Assembly (NCBI GenBank): GCA_017302795.1
Contig: JAFLCB010000003.1
Location: forward strand, 26,650-90,649
Direction of reading: 5' to 3'
DNA length: 64,000 nt
DNA from: Deltaproteobacteria bacterium
GTDB lineage: Bacteria > Bdellovibrionota > Bdellovibrionia > Bdellovibrionales > JAMPXM01
A program made the translations under genes and the position numbers. A model generated the notes under the pieces. The model was given only the letters and a program-made list of their open reading frames with translations. It was not told the DNA's origin and ran no database searches. Of this stretch, positions 1-8,211 are shown piece after piece; positions within the stretch are counted from its first letter, which is position 1; each line of letters opens with the position of its first letter.

Positions 1-69
1 ACGCTGAGTTCCAGCCAAGTTTTTCTGTGCGTTCAATGACGCCACATTGGTTGAAATCCTCAAACCCAT
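1..69 (-). CDS. fliC: flagellin, 5' fragment (gene continues off the left edge)
   Basis: The reverse complement of 1-69 reads ATG GGT TTG AGG ATT TCA ACC AAT GTG GCG TCA TTG AAC GCA CAG AAA AAC TTG GCT GGA ACT CAG CGT = MGLRISTNVASLNAQKNLAGTQR. This is the conserved flagellin N-terminus and nearly identical to the start of the complete flagellin at 507-1355. AAGGAGG (75-81, minus strand) lies 5 nt upstream of the ATG. It is open-ended, so it is absent from the ORF track. Confidence 0.85.
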   Translation of the reverse strand, partial: MGLRISTNVASLNAQKNLAGTQR

Positions 70-506
70 ACTATCCTCCTTGTGTCATACGCGTTCCTCC
101 GTGATCGCTGCCAACCTTGGCATTGAGACGCATTCTGCATCTCGCGGTTTGTTATTTTCTAGGTGCGTGCGACATGCACACTCCCATATACCGATCGGAA
201 TTTTTCGTAAAAAAGAAGAGTCGAGAAAAAGTCTGGTTTTTTTTCGGTGAGTGGGGAAGGTAGGCAAGCGTTGAATGCAAGGCAATCAAGCGGCAATTCA
301 GATCCTGTTTCCAGAATCATGTACTTTATCCAGAATACAGTTAACCGTATCCGGGATTCAGAATTTCAAAACCGTCGCTGTCACACTGCTAGTAGTGTTT
401 AATGTGGGGAGGAATATCGCATCCTCCCCACTAGCAGGAAACAGTATCAGTCAGTCGTCTAGAAAGGGGCGTACCCCTTCTAAGTTTTACGGTTGGTCAG
501 AGTTCA

Positions 507-1355
507 TCAACCTTGGAACGTACGGTTCAAGAGCGAGAGCGCTGTGTTCGATGTCTGGTTCGCTTGCGCGAGGACCGAGGTACCGGCTTGCAACAAGATA
601 TTGTTGCGAGTCATTTCCGCAGTTTCCTCAGCGACGTCGACATCACGAATCCGTGAGTTCGCAGCTGACAAGTTTTCTACCGACACTGCAATGTTACCAA
701 TCGTCGATTGAAGTCGGTTTTGGATAGCACCAAAATCCGCTCGCATCGCCGAAACACTTACGATCGCTGAATCTATCGCCGACAAACTATTTTGTGCGGA
801 CGCTTTGTCAGCGACGCTCGTGAGGTTGACACCAAGAGCTGCACTGTTTGAGTCAGCTTTTGAGGCGTCGAAAGACAATCTATCAATATTTGGATCGTTT
901 CGAGTTCCGACTTGGAAGTCGAGAACCGAACCGGTACCGCTTAACAGCTGAGTGCCGTTAAATTCGGTCGCATCGGCAATACGATCAATTTCCGAGACCA
1001 GCTGATCGTATTCCACGTTCAGGAACTGACGTTCCACGGGACCGATCGTGTCTGATGCGGCTTGTACCGCAAGTTCTCGGAGACGAATCAAGATTGAGCT
1101 CACTTCGTTTAAGCCGCCTTCTGCGACTTGAACAAGCGACACACCATCTTGTGCGTTTCGCGATGCTTGTTTGAGACCGCGTACTTGCGCTCTCAAATTT
1201 TCACTGATTGCCAATCCCGCAGCGTCGTCGCCTGCGCGATTGATGCGGTAACCTGATGACAAGCGCTCAAGGCTCTTGTCCAGTCCCCACTTAGTTCCCA
1301 ACAAATTCCGTTGGGCGTTCAGCGAGGCTACATTGGTATTGATCCGCAGACCCAT
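507..1355 (-). CDS. fliC: flagellin
   Basis: 282-aa ORF. The N-terminus MGLRINTNVASLNAQRNL...RINRAGDDAAGLAISE and the C-terminus ...NSRIRDVDVAEETAEMTRNNILLQAGTSVLAQANQ are the conserved flagellin terminal segments. GGAGGAGG (1360-1367, minus strand) lies just upstream of the ATG at 1355. Confidence 0.95.
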   Translation of the reverse strand: MGLRINTNVASLNAQRNLLGTKWGLDKSLERLSSGYRINRAGDDAAGLAISENLRAQVRGLKQASRNAQDGVSLVQVAEGGLNEVSSILIRLRELAVQAASDTIGPVERQFLNVEYDQLVSEIDRIADATEFNGTQLLSGTGSVLDFQVGTRNDPNIDRLSFDASKADSNSAALGVNLTSVADKASAQNSLSAIDSAIVSVSAMRADFGAIQNRLQSTIGNIAVSVENLSAANSRIRDVDVAEETAEMTRNNILLQAGTSVLAQANQTSNTALSLLNRTFQG

Positions 1356-1559
1356 ACGTCCTCCTCCTTGAAGTTCCGCCGATCGTCCTTGATCTGCGGG
1401 ATCGAAACCGTACTGGCATCGACCTCGGGTTCTTGCTTTCCTGTATCTCTTTTCGGTGTCTCAAGATGAGGCTTTAGGAAATGATTCTCGATATGAGATT
1501 TTCTGGACTTAGGGATTGTATTTCTAAGCCGTAGGTCCGGGAGTTTAGCTGAATTCGTG

Positions 1560-2243
1560 TTATTCCAAGTTGGAAAGAACACCGCGGCAATAATTGCGGT
1601 CATTCAGACTGAGGCAGGTCGAATCCAGCAGTCGTTGAATAATAGTTTTGTATGCCTGAACAGAAGGGTGATCTTTCGCAACAAAGTTTTCCAAACGTAG
1701 TTGAGCAGTTTTTAGATCTGACTTTAATCGAAGGCATTCAACTTTCTGACCAAATGCACTGAGCTTGGGATTCGTATTGATCATCAAGCCAGATTCGACG
1801 TCTGGGAAGTACCGGATTCGCACGTCGTCGCCTAGCTCGGGAACCAGGTTCAACTTTTCGCCGTAGGGGTACAGACGAGGTTCGCTGAGTGAAACCGCCA
1901 CAGTGTGGGGTTTACCAGCGTGATTTTGAAATTCTACTGTGACGATGACCGGCGACTCGTTTCCGAAGAGGTTACTTTGCTTTAAAACGTTTATGACGGT
2001 GGCGGTAGTTTCAACGCCTCTACTGCCTAGGAAATCGAAATAGGCCTGCTGGCCTTTTTGTGCGTTGAAGTAGGTGATTGCGCCAAGCGCTAGACAGAGA
2101 AGAATAAAGATGATGGCATTGTTCACTCGTCGAAGAGCGAAGCGCAAAATCTTCCCCACGACGAACAAAACGGGAAGCGCGAAGATCGGAGCTAGAATCG
2201 GGGTGAAGACGATCCACCCCCATATCAAAGCGAGAACTTTCAT
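1560..2243 (-). CDS. membrane protein of unknown function
   Basis: 227-aa ORF. Two N-terminal hydrophobic helices (LALIWGWIVFTPILAPIFALPVLFVVG, IIFILLCLALGAITYF) are followed by a soluble domain. I recognise no family with confidence. Confidence 0.6.
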   Translation of the reverse strand: MKVLALIWGWIVFTPILAPIFALPVLFVVGKILRFALRRVNNAIIFILLCLALGAITYFNAQKGQQAYFDFLGSRGVETTATVINVLKQSNLFGNESPVIVTVEFQNHAGKPHTVAVSLSEPRLYPYGEKLNLVPELGDDVRIRYFPDVESGLMINTNPKLSAFGQKVECLRLKSDLKTAQLRLENFVAKDHPSVQAYKTIIQRLLDSTCLSLNDRNYCRGVLSNLE

Positions 2244-2314
2244 CTCTTATATTATTGCAGAGGATTAAAACTTAACCAAGGGCTGTATCGGGCCGCAGAT
2301 CAAGGGTGTGCTTA

Positions 2315-2890
2315 TTAGGACGAAACGTCACTTTTCGGGATGGTCCGCACATAGGTTACAAATTCATACGATGGCAGGTCGTTGGTTTCGCTGTCGGCGC
2401 CGGCTCGTCGTTCGGCTTCTTCGAAGTCGCCTTCGTGCCAACGCGGAAAGTGTGCCGACTGTTGACCGTCGTCCACGTCGACTACGATTCCCACCTCTGT
2501 GAGATAAATTTTGTCCGTGACCGGCAGCAATGCCGAATAAAGTTCGCCGCCACCAATGTTGAAAACTTCATCTCCCCACGTCGCATCGGAAGCGATCAGT
2601 TTTTCTGCGGCATCGATCGCCTCGTGTACGCTCTTTACGATAAGAAACTGATCGCTAGCACCGACAATTTTAGGCGGAGGCGTGTAGCCGGCTTGGCGAG
2701 TGACGACGATATGAAATCTTCCCGGCAATAGGCCGGGAAACGATTCCAAAGTCTTTCGACCCATTATCATCACTTTCCCAGTCGTCATTTTTCGAAAAAA
2801 CCGCATGTCCTCTGGAATTCTCCAGGGAAGATCTCCGTCGATTCCGATGATTCGATTCAATGCCATAGCGGCGATCGCTGACAAAATCAT
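2315..2890 (-). CDS. folA: dihydrofolate reductase
   Basis: MILSAIAAMALNRIIGIDGDLPWRIPEDMRFFRKMTTGKVMIMGRKTLES matches the DHFR N-terminal signature. The start codon directly abuts the thyA stop (2890/2891). At 191 aa it is somewhat longer than typical DHFRs. Confidence 0.9.
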   Translation of the reverse strand: MILSAIAAMALNRIIGIDGDLPWRIPEDMRFFRKMTTGKVMIMGRKTLESFPGLLPGRFHIVVTRQAGYTPPPKIVGASDQFLIVKSVHEAIDAAEKLIASDATWGDEVFNIGGGELYSALLPVTDKIYLTEVGIVVDVDDGQQSAHFPRWHEGDFEEAERRAGADSETNDLPSYEFVTYVRTIPKSDVSS

Positions 2891-3748
2891 CTAGATGGCG
2901 ACTTCTGCTTTGATCGCAGGATGTGGATCATAGCCGACGAGTTCAAAATCCTCGTACTTGAAATCAAATAGCGATTTCACTGTGGGGTTCATTTTCATAA
3001 CCGGCATCGGCCGCGGCTCTCGCGTCAGCTGCAACTTTGTTTGCTCTAGGTGATTGGAATATAAATGAGAGTCCCCCAGTGTGTGGATGAACTCACCAGG
3101 CTGTAAACCTGTCACTTGCGCCATCATCATGCACAAAAGCGCGTAGCTTGCGATGTTAAAGGGAACTCCCAAAAATACGTCGGCACTTCGCTGATACATT
3201 TGCAGTGAGAGTTTTCCGTCCGCCGCATAAAATTGGAAGAACGCATGACAAGGCGGCAGCGCCATTTTGTCGACATCACCAGGATTAAACGCGACCACAA
3301 GGTGACGACGCGAATCGGGATTCTTCTTGATCGATTCGATGACGTTTGAAATTTGGTCGATGGTTCGACCGTCGGCAGTTTCCCAAGAGCGCCACTGCTT
3401 TCCGTAGACGGGACCAAGGTTCCCATTCTCGTCGGCCCATTCGTCCCAAATGGAAACTTTATTATCTTTCAGATATTGGATATTTGTTTCGCCCTTCAGG
3501 AACCACAAAAGTTCGTGAATGATCGAGCGCGTATGGCATTTTTTAGTCGTAAGAAGTGGAAAGCCTTCTGAAAGATCAAAGCGCATTTGATGGCCGAACA
3601 CGCTGATCGTGCCGGTGCCAGTACGATCTGACTTTGCCGTGCCTTCGTTCAAAATCCTTCGCATGAGTTCGAAGTAAACATGATCGGCATGTTTCGGGTT
3701 CAGAGGAGCTTTCACCGAGCCAGCGACGGGAGTAGTTTCCAGATTCAT
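2891..3748 (-). CDS. thyA: thymidylate synthase (ThyA type)
   Basis: 285-aa ORF with the ThyA active-site region [43 protein letters not shown] and the C-terminal ...[10 protein letters not shown]. Confidence 0.97.
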   Translation of the reverse strand: MNLETTPVAGSVKAPLNPKHADHVYFELMRRILNEGTAKSDRTGTGTISVFGHQMRFDLSEGFPLLTTKKCHTRSIIHELLWFLKGETNIQYLKDNKVSIWDEWADENGNLGPVYGKQWRSWETADGRTIDQISNVIESIKKNPDSRRHLVVAFNPGDVDKMALPPCHAFFQFYAADGKLSLQMYQRSADVFLGVPFNIASYALLCMMMAQVTGLQPGEFIHTLGDSHLYSNHLEQTKLQLTREPRPMPVMKMNPTVKSLFDFKYEDFELVGYDPHPAIKAEVAI

Positions 3749-3856
3749 GGGTTTACCTCCTAGTAATGACTAGTAGTTTGGACAAGCTACTCAAGCCCAA
3801 ACTTAAGTGGCGATCAATCAATTGAGAGGCAAAACTCGTCCTCTGGCGTGCAGACT

Positions 3857-4312
3857 CTAACGCACCCAGCCGACAACTCGAAAAGTTTCAAGCAAGATCG
3901 GATCTTGGTCGGGCTCAAAGTCCGACCGTTCATAGACGTTTACGTCAATAGATACCAAGGTTCTGTCGGCGTGTTCAGCGACGATCCGGAAACTGTGGCG
4001 TTGATCGAAGCCTCCGAAGCCATTTGGCACCTGAAAAATCGTATACCTTTGCACATCCGCTTGAACGACATCGATTTTGAGTGGAGCTGCTACCGGGTAG
4101 CGCGATCGAAAGTCGCGATCAAGGAAGTCTTTGATTTCTTTAGTTATCGCCATCCGTGAAGTCAGTTTGGATGGTACTTTTAAGGACGAAGAAACGGTCG
4201 AAGAAAGAGTCGAAGCAGCGGCACCAGGAGCTTCTGCATTGGCGAAAGATGTCGAAACGGAAACAGTCATAAAACCAATGAAAGCCACGGCCGTTGAGAT
4301 TTTCTGAATCAT
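3857..4312 (-). CDS. secreted protein of unknown function
   Basis: 151-aa ORF. A strong GGAGG lies 5 nt upstream of the ATG (minus strand of 4313-4326). It has a signal-peptide-like N-terminus MIQKISTAVAFIGFMTVSVSTSFANA. I prefer it to the overlapping + strand ORF 3848-4159, which has no RBS or signal. Confidence 0.65.
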   Translation of the reverse strand: MIQKISTAVAFIGFMTVSVSTSFANAEAPGAAASTLSSTVSSSLKVPSKLTSRMAITKEIKDFLDRDFRSRYPVAAPLKIDVVQADVQRYTIFQVPNGFGGFDQRHSFRIVAEHADRTLVSIDVNVYERSDFEPDQDPILLETFRVVGWVR

Positions 4313-4440
4313 AATTCCTCCTCTAGTCGTTCATGCTACCCACGGTGCCGCTAAACCACGCAACTGTTTCTTTCAAAACGCAGCGCCGCGCAGTGCATCA
4401 ATCCTGAAATTGCGGCAAGGAGTTGGGTAGAGCCTTCTCT

Positions 4441-5739
4441 ATGGAAATTAAAGACCCAATTCACGGCTCGATTGAGCTTAGCGACACGGAAGAAGCGATC
4501 CTCGAAACTCGAGAGTTCCAGCGTCTACGTCAGATCAAACAATTGGGTTTTGCCGAATACAGTTTTCCAGGTGCGTCGCATTCTCGATTCCTTCATTCGT
4601 TAGGCGTCATGCATCTCGCTGGTCGCGCCTTTGATTCCATTTTTCGCGCCTTCAAATTTTCCAACGAAGCTGCGCGAAACAGATTGCGACGAGTCGTCCG
4701 ACTTGGAGCTTTATTGCATGATATTGGCCACGGACCGTTGTCTCACACCACCGAAGAAGTCATGCCTAAGGTCGGGGCCTTAAAAATCAAGGCTTATAGT
4801 TCGCGCGAAAAAGGTGCGGCCATCGACAATGATCGCAAAGCAACTCACGAAGACTACACCATCAAGATGGTGACCGATTCGGACTTGGCGATTTGCTTGA
4901 GCAAATCGTCTACCGATATTACGGGACTTCATGTGGCCTGTTTGATTGACCGAGGACTTAAAGCGCCCGACGACTTCTTCCTCGATCAGGGGCTTGATTT
5001 TCGACCGATCCTTTCGCAGGTCGTTTCTAGTGAGATGGACGTCGATCGTATGGATTACCTCGAGCGTGATGCTTATTTTTGCGGAACAAATTACGGTCGC
5101 GTCGAATTAGAATGGCTGATTGGAAATCTGACCTTTCACGAAACACGCGGCAAGGTGCATTTGGCACTTAACCGTCGAGCCCTCTACACGTTTGACGATT
5201 TTTTAATTTCTCGTCACCACATGTACCTGATGGTCTACTTCCATCACAAAAGTATTATTTTTGAAGAAATGCTCCAGCGGTATCTGCATTCCAGCGATTG
5301 CCGATATCACTTACCGGCAGAAATACCAGAGTATCTGAGGTGCTCGGATTATTCGTTGTACGAACACTTGGCCGAACAGAAAAATGAATGGGCCAAGCGA
5401 ATCGCAGATCGCCGTCCTTACCGCATGCTGACAGAAATGCACGCCACGGAAAAAACAGCCCGGCCTAGAAAAATATGCGAAGCGCTTGAGGCGGAGGGTA
5501 TTCTTACTATTCAATCAGGCTCAGCGACGCGTCTTTCTAAGTATCACGCCACTCAAGACCAAGAGGCATTTCCCATTTTTGTGGTAGATCAGTATGACCT
5601 TCGCGAAAAACCAGTGCCGATAGAAAAGGTCACACGGGTTTTTCAAAAATATGAAGAGACTCGCATGATCGAGAGAATTTACGTTGCGCCCGAGTCTTAT
5701 AAAAAGGCGATGAAGATAGTTGCAGATCGAAAGATCTAA
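4441..5739 (+). CDS. HD-domain phosphohydrolase (SAMHD1/COG1078-like, possible dNTP triphosphohydrolase)
   Basis: Motifs HSRFLHSLGVMHLAG, LLHDIGHGPLSH and DVDRMDYLERDAYFCG. The ORF track starts at TTG 4423. ATG 4441 (MEIKDPIHGSIEL) fits the usual family N-terminus better, but the start is uncertain. Confidence 0.85.
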   Translation: MEIKDPIHGSIELSDTEEAILETREFQRLRQIKQLGFAEYSFPGASHSRFLHSLGVMHLAGRAFDSIFRAFKFSNEAARNRLRRVVRLGALLHDIGHGPLSHTTEEVMPKVGALKIKAYSSREKGAAIDNDRKATHEDYTIKMVTDSDLAICLSKSSTDITGLHVACLIDRGLKAPDDFFLDQGLDFRPILSQVVSSEMDVDRMDYLERDAYFCGTNYGRVELEWLIGNLTFHETRGKVHLALNRRALYTFDDFLISRHHMYLMVYFHHKSIIFEEMLQRYLHSSDCRYHLPAEIPEYLRCSDYSLYEHLAEQKNEWAKRIADRRPYRMLTEMHATEKTARPRKICEALEAEGILTIQSGSATRLSKYHATQDQEAFPIFVVDQYDLREKPVPIEKVTRVFQKYEETRMIERIYVAPESYKKAMKIVADRKI

Positions 5740-5753
5740 AGGGAGTTTTTGAA

Positions 5754-6170
5754 GTGAGCGATCGACGCACGGTCAGAGTCGGAGAAAAAGAATCAGTAAC
5801 GGTCACCGTGACGGACGAAATGGTCCGAGCGTTCGCCGAGCTTTCAGGCGATCGCAATCCCGTTCATTTGGACGACGAATTTGCTGCGAAAACGCGTTTT
5901 AAAAAGCGGATAGCGCACGGGATGCTACTAGGTTCGCTGCTTTCTCGTGTGGCGGGAATGATTTTACCGGGACCCGGGACGATCATTATCAGCCAAGACA
6001 TTCGGTACAAAGGGCCTTGCTACGTCGGTGATACAGTGACCGCCGAGATCGCCGTGATTCACGTCCGTGCCGATAAACCAATTATCAAGGTTTCATCTCG
6101 CGTGACCAACTCCGAGGGCGAGGAACTGATCGATGGCGGAGCGATTCTTTATTACGATCCGGTTGTCTGA
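5754..6170 (+). CDS. MaoC-family (R)-specific enoyl-CoA hydratase/dehydratase
   Basis: 138-aa ORF. GTG start with GGGAG 8 nt upstream. Hot-dog/MaoC region SGDRNPVHLDDEFAAKTRFKKRIAHGML. Confidence 0.85.
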   Translation: MSDRRTVRVGEKESVTVTVTDEMVRAFAELSGDRNPVHLDDEFAAKTRFKKRIAHGMLLGSLLSRVAGMILPGPGTIIISQDIRYKGPCYVGDTVTAEIAVIHVRADKPIIKVSSRVTNSEGEELIDGGAILYYDPVV

Positions 6171-6694
6171 TCGACCTGGATACCGCGATGACGTTCCGCA
6201 AGTGATTGCGAAAGTTTGTTGAGGTCGTTCATGACGTCTTGATAGTCGTCTTTGGTGCGTAATCGGCCCTGCACGCCATACTGGCCTTCGGTCAATTGTT
6301 GAATCAGCCTTCGAATGGGAACCATTGGGCCAATCAGTCTATGTGTCAGAATTATTCCAAGTGAAACCGAGATCAGCCCAAAGAGGGCGCCAACCACAAT
6401 AGTCGTGAAAGTTGCAGTTTTTAGCGATTGTTGAATAGCGCCGATCACTTCCGGTTCGATCCGGTAAACCACAGCAAGCGTTGCGATCATGTCTTCCAGT
6501 GAAAGCAGAAACAGTAAGAAGACCGCGCCCATTGTCACCAATGTCATGCCGACAAAATAAAATGAATATTTCAGCTGAAATTCCGGTCGAAGAAGAATGT
6601 TCTTCATCGAGCGTTGGTGTTTGTGTCCTTTGGCGTGGGGGGCCAACTCGGTCGGCGGTTGTGCTTTTTCGGTGGGCGATGGCACTTCACTCAT
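6152..6694 (-). CDS. membrane protein with HAMP-like linker domain
   Basis: 180-aa ORF with AGGAG 9 nt upstream. Two TM helices (YSFYFVGMTLVTMGAVFLLFLL; TIVVGALFGLISVSLGIILT) are followed by the HAMP-like HRLIGPMVPIRRLIQQLTEGQYGVQGRLRTKDDYQDVMNDLNKL. There is no output domain. Its 3' end overlaps the convergent MaoC gene by 19 nt. Confidence 0.6.
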   Translation of the reverse strand: MSEVPSPTEKAQPPTELAPHAKGHKHQRSMKNILLRPEFQLKYSFYFVGMTLVTMGAVFLLFLLSLEDMIATLAVVYRIEPEVIGAIQQSLKTATFTTIVVGALFGLISVSLGIILTHRLIGPMVPIRRLIQQLTEGQYGVQGRLRTKDDYQDVMNDLNKLSQSLAERHRGIQVDQTTGS

Positions 6695-6864
6695 TTGATT
6701 TTGCTCCTAGGCAATATTCTTCACGATTTATAAGGTCTTGCGAAGTGATTCTCTTCAGGCCCACCATGAAAGCCATTTTGGTCTGGCCATTGGTCTTGCG
6801 ATGAACGTGATCAATGCGTCCACAGATGTGATCGTCGTAGGATTAAAAAACGGTGAGGGGCGAC

Positions 6865-7443
6865 ATGTTGCGGTTCAAATGGGTTCGTCTTTGTATTTTG
6901 GTTTTCCTGGCACAAATGCTTTTTTCAAGTCGTTCAATGGCGTTTGTCGAACTCAATGCATTTTACTATTCAGAATCCGAGGCGGCTGCGGCTTCCACGA
7001 GTGGCACGCGCACCTTCCTTGAGGGTACGGTTGGTTTTCGCATCGATAAAGGGGGGCAATATCTAGTTGGATGGGGAATCGCGTCTCATTCGACGTCAGC
7101 TGCGGCGACTGCTACGGCCACCTATTCGAGCTTGCAGATGGGGCCAAGATTTCTGTGGATGATTGATAAATCAAAATCTTGGAGCGTCGGTTTGGCCTAT
7201 TACATTGTTTCCACCGCTACCTACAATGACGGTACGTCGGCTGCAGAAACTTGGAAGGGAACTTCGATTCACGCTGATGGCGGATACAACCTGCCAATCG
7301 GTGACGATGTTTTCTTTGGAATCAGGTTCAACTACTCGGCATCGACTTTCACCGAGCGCCTCATTGGTTCGACCACCTATTCAACAGTCAGTTACACAAA
7401 GACCTACATGTATCCAAGTCTCGCGATGGTCTATATCTTCTAA
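6865..7443 (+). CDS. putative outer-membrane beta-barrel protein
   Basis: ATG 6865 is preceded by GAGGGG. Signal peptide MLRFKWVRLCILVFLAQMLFSSRSMA. It shows alternating hydrophobic beta-strand patterns and an aromatic C-terminus ...SLAMVYIF. The ORF-track start (GTG 6853) is 4 codons upstream. Confidence 0.6.
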   Translation: MLRFKWVRLCILVFLAQMLFSSRSMAFVELNAFYYSESEAAAASTSGTRTFLEGTVGFRIDKGGQYLVGWGIASHSTSAAATATATYSSLQMGPRFLWMIDKSKSWSVGLAYYIVSTATYNDGTSAAETWKGTSIHADGGYNLPIGDDVFFGIRFNYSASTFTERLIGSTTYSTVSYTKTYMYPSLAMVYIF

Positions 7444-7497
7444 GGTACCGCCTACCTTTTGGTAACGCATGCGCGTTACCAAAAGGTAGGCGGTACC
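7444..7497. repeat. palindromic intergenic repeat copy 1 (REP-like, probable bidirectional terminator hairpin)
   Basis: GGTACCGCCTACCTTTTGGTAACGC-atgc-GCGTTACCAAAAGGTAGGCGGTACC has perfect 25-nt arms. It starts immediately after the TAA of the 6865-7443 gene and ends 6 nt before the stop of the convergent HNH gene. Confidence 0.9.
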
Positions 7498-7503
7498 TTC
7501 GGG

Positions 7504-8055
7504 TTAAATGCAGAACTCGTAATCGGATGGGTTGGCAATCGGCGGATTGAATTTCGCGTCCCTAATAGTTTGGATCGCTTCTTCCTGCGTAATTTGCCCG
7601 TTGCTGAGCGCTTTGAAAAGTTCGATTTCTAGATCTTTTCGCAGCTGCTTAACTACTTTTGGTTCTGGCCACAAATTGTCGATGCGATTGGTTCCGCCGA
7701 TTGAAAGCGGAATAAAATGATCGATTGTGTATTCTCTGCGACAGGTTTTCGAAACTCCGTAATCGCGATAGATCTTGTCTTTGTCGCTCGAGCTGACAGC
7801 CCGTTTGCAATACGGGATTTTTTCAGGATAACGATACTCGGCGAAATCGCGGTCGCGTGTAGAGCAAACTGAACCGTTGGTTTTAGTTTCGTCCGGAGTA
7901 AATGGAAAAGCTGTGAAACCGACATTGATTTGTTCGTCCGACCGTTTTTGAACGGTCGTTGCGGCAGATTCTGTCAAAGCCGTGGTCGAGATCAGCGCTA
8001 AAATTAAGCTTGGCAAAACAAACGCGCGCAGCGCACGTTGGAAGCGAAACGACAT
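7504..8055 (-). CDS. secreted HNH-type endonuclease
   Basis: HNH-like core YTIDHFIPLSIGGTNRIDNLWPEP. I prefer the ATG at 8055 (GGAGGG 3 nt upstream). That start gives the signal peptide MSFRFQRALRAFVLPSLILALISTTALTES. The ORF track extends to 8091. Confidence 0.65.
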   Translation of the reverse strand: MSFRFQRALRAFVLPSLILALISTTALTESAATTVQKRSDEQINVGFTAFPFTPDETKTNGSVCSTRDRDFAEYRYPEKIPYCKRAVSSSDKDKIYRDYGVSKTCRREYTIDHFIPLSIGGTNRIDNLWPEPKVVKQLRKDLEIELFKALSNGQITQEEAIQTIRDAKFNPPIANPSDYEFCI

Positions 8056-8152
8056 AGACCCTCCATTGGTCAATTTTATAAGGATGGGCATCTTGCTCGT
8101 CCTTAACTGAAATCGTACTTGGTTTTAAATATTCGTAAAGCGACAAGGAGTG

Positions 8153-8197
8153 CCTGCTACATCTTTGAAACGCACTGCGTTTCAAAGATGTAGCAGG
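8153..8197. repeat. palindromic intergenic repeat copy 2 (divergent subfamily)
   Basis: CCTGCTACATCTTTGAAACGC-act-GCGTTTCAAAGATGTAGCAGG has perfect 21-nt arms, and the right end continues as GGTACC. It lies 15 nt downstream of the stop of the 8212-10425 gene. Confidence 0.8.
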
Positions 8198-8211
8198 TAC
8201 CCCTCGGGGTA

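Noticed and set aside
275-727. 150-aa + strand ORF spanning the flagellin spacer and the flagellin 3' end.
   Set aside because: It overlaps the well-supported flagellin gene in antisense and has no RBS or recognisable protein features.
1356-1559. A sigma28 (FliA) promoter upstream of the flagellin genes (also examined at 90-250).
   Set aside because: I could not find a convincing TAAA-N15-GCCGATAA match in the correct orientation. Only partial CGATCGG strings at implausible spacing were present, so no promoter is reported.
3848-4159. 103-aa + strand ORF opposite the 3857-4312 gene.
   Set aside because: The minus-strand ORF has a strong GGAGG RBS and a signal peptide. The + ORF has neither.
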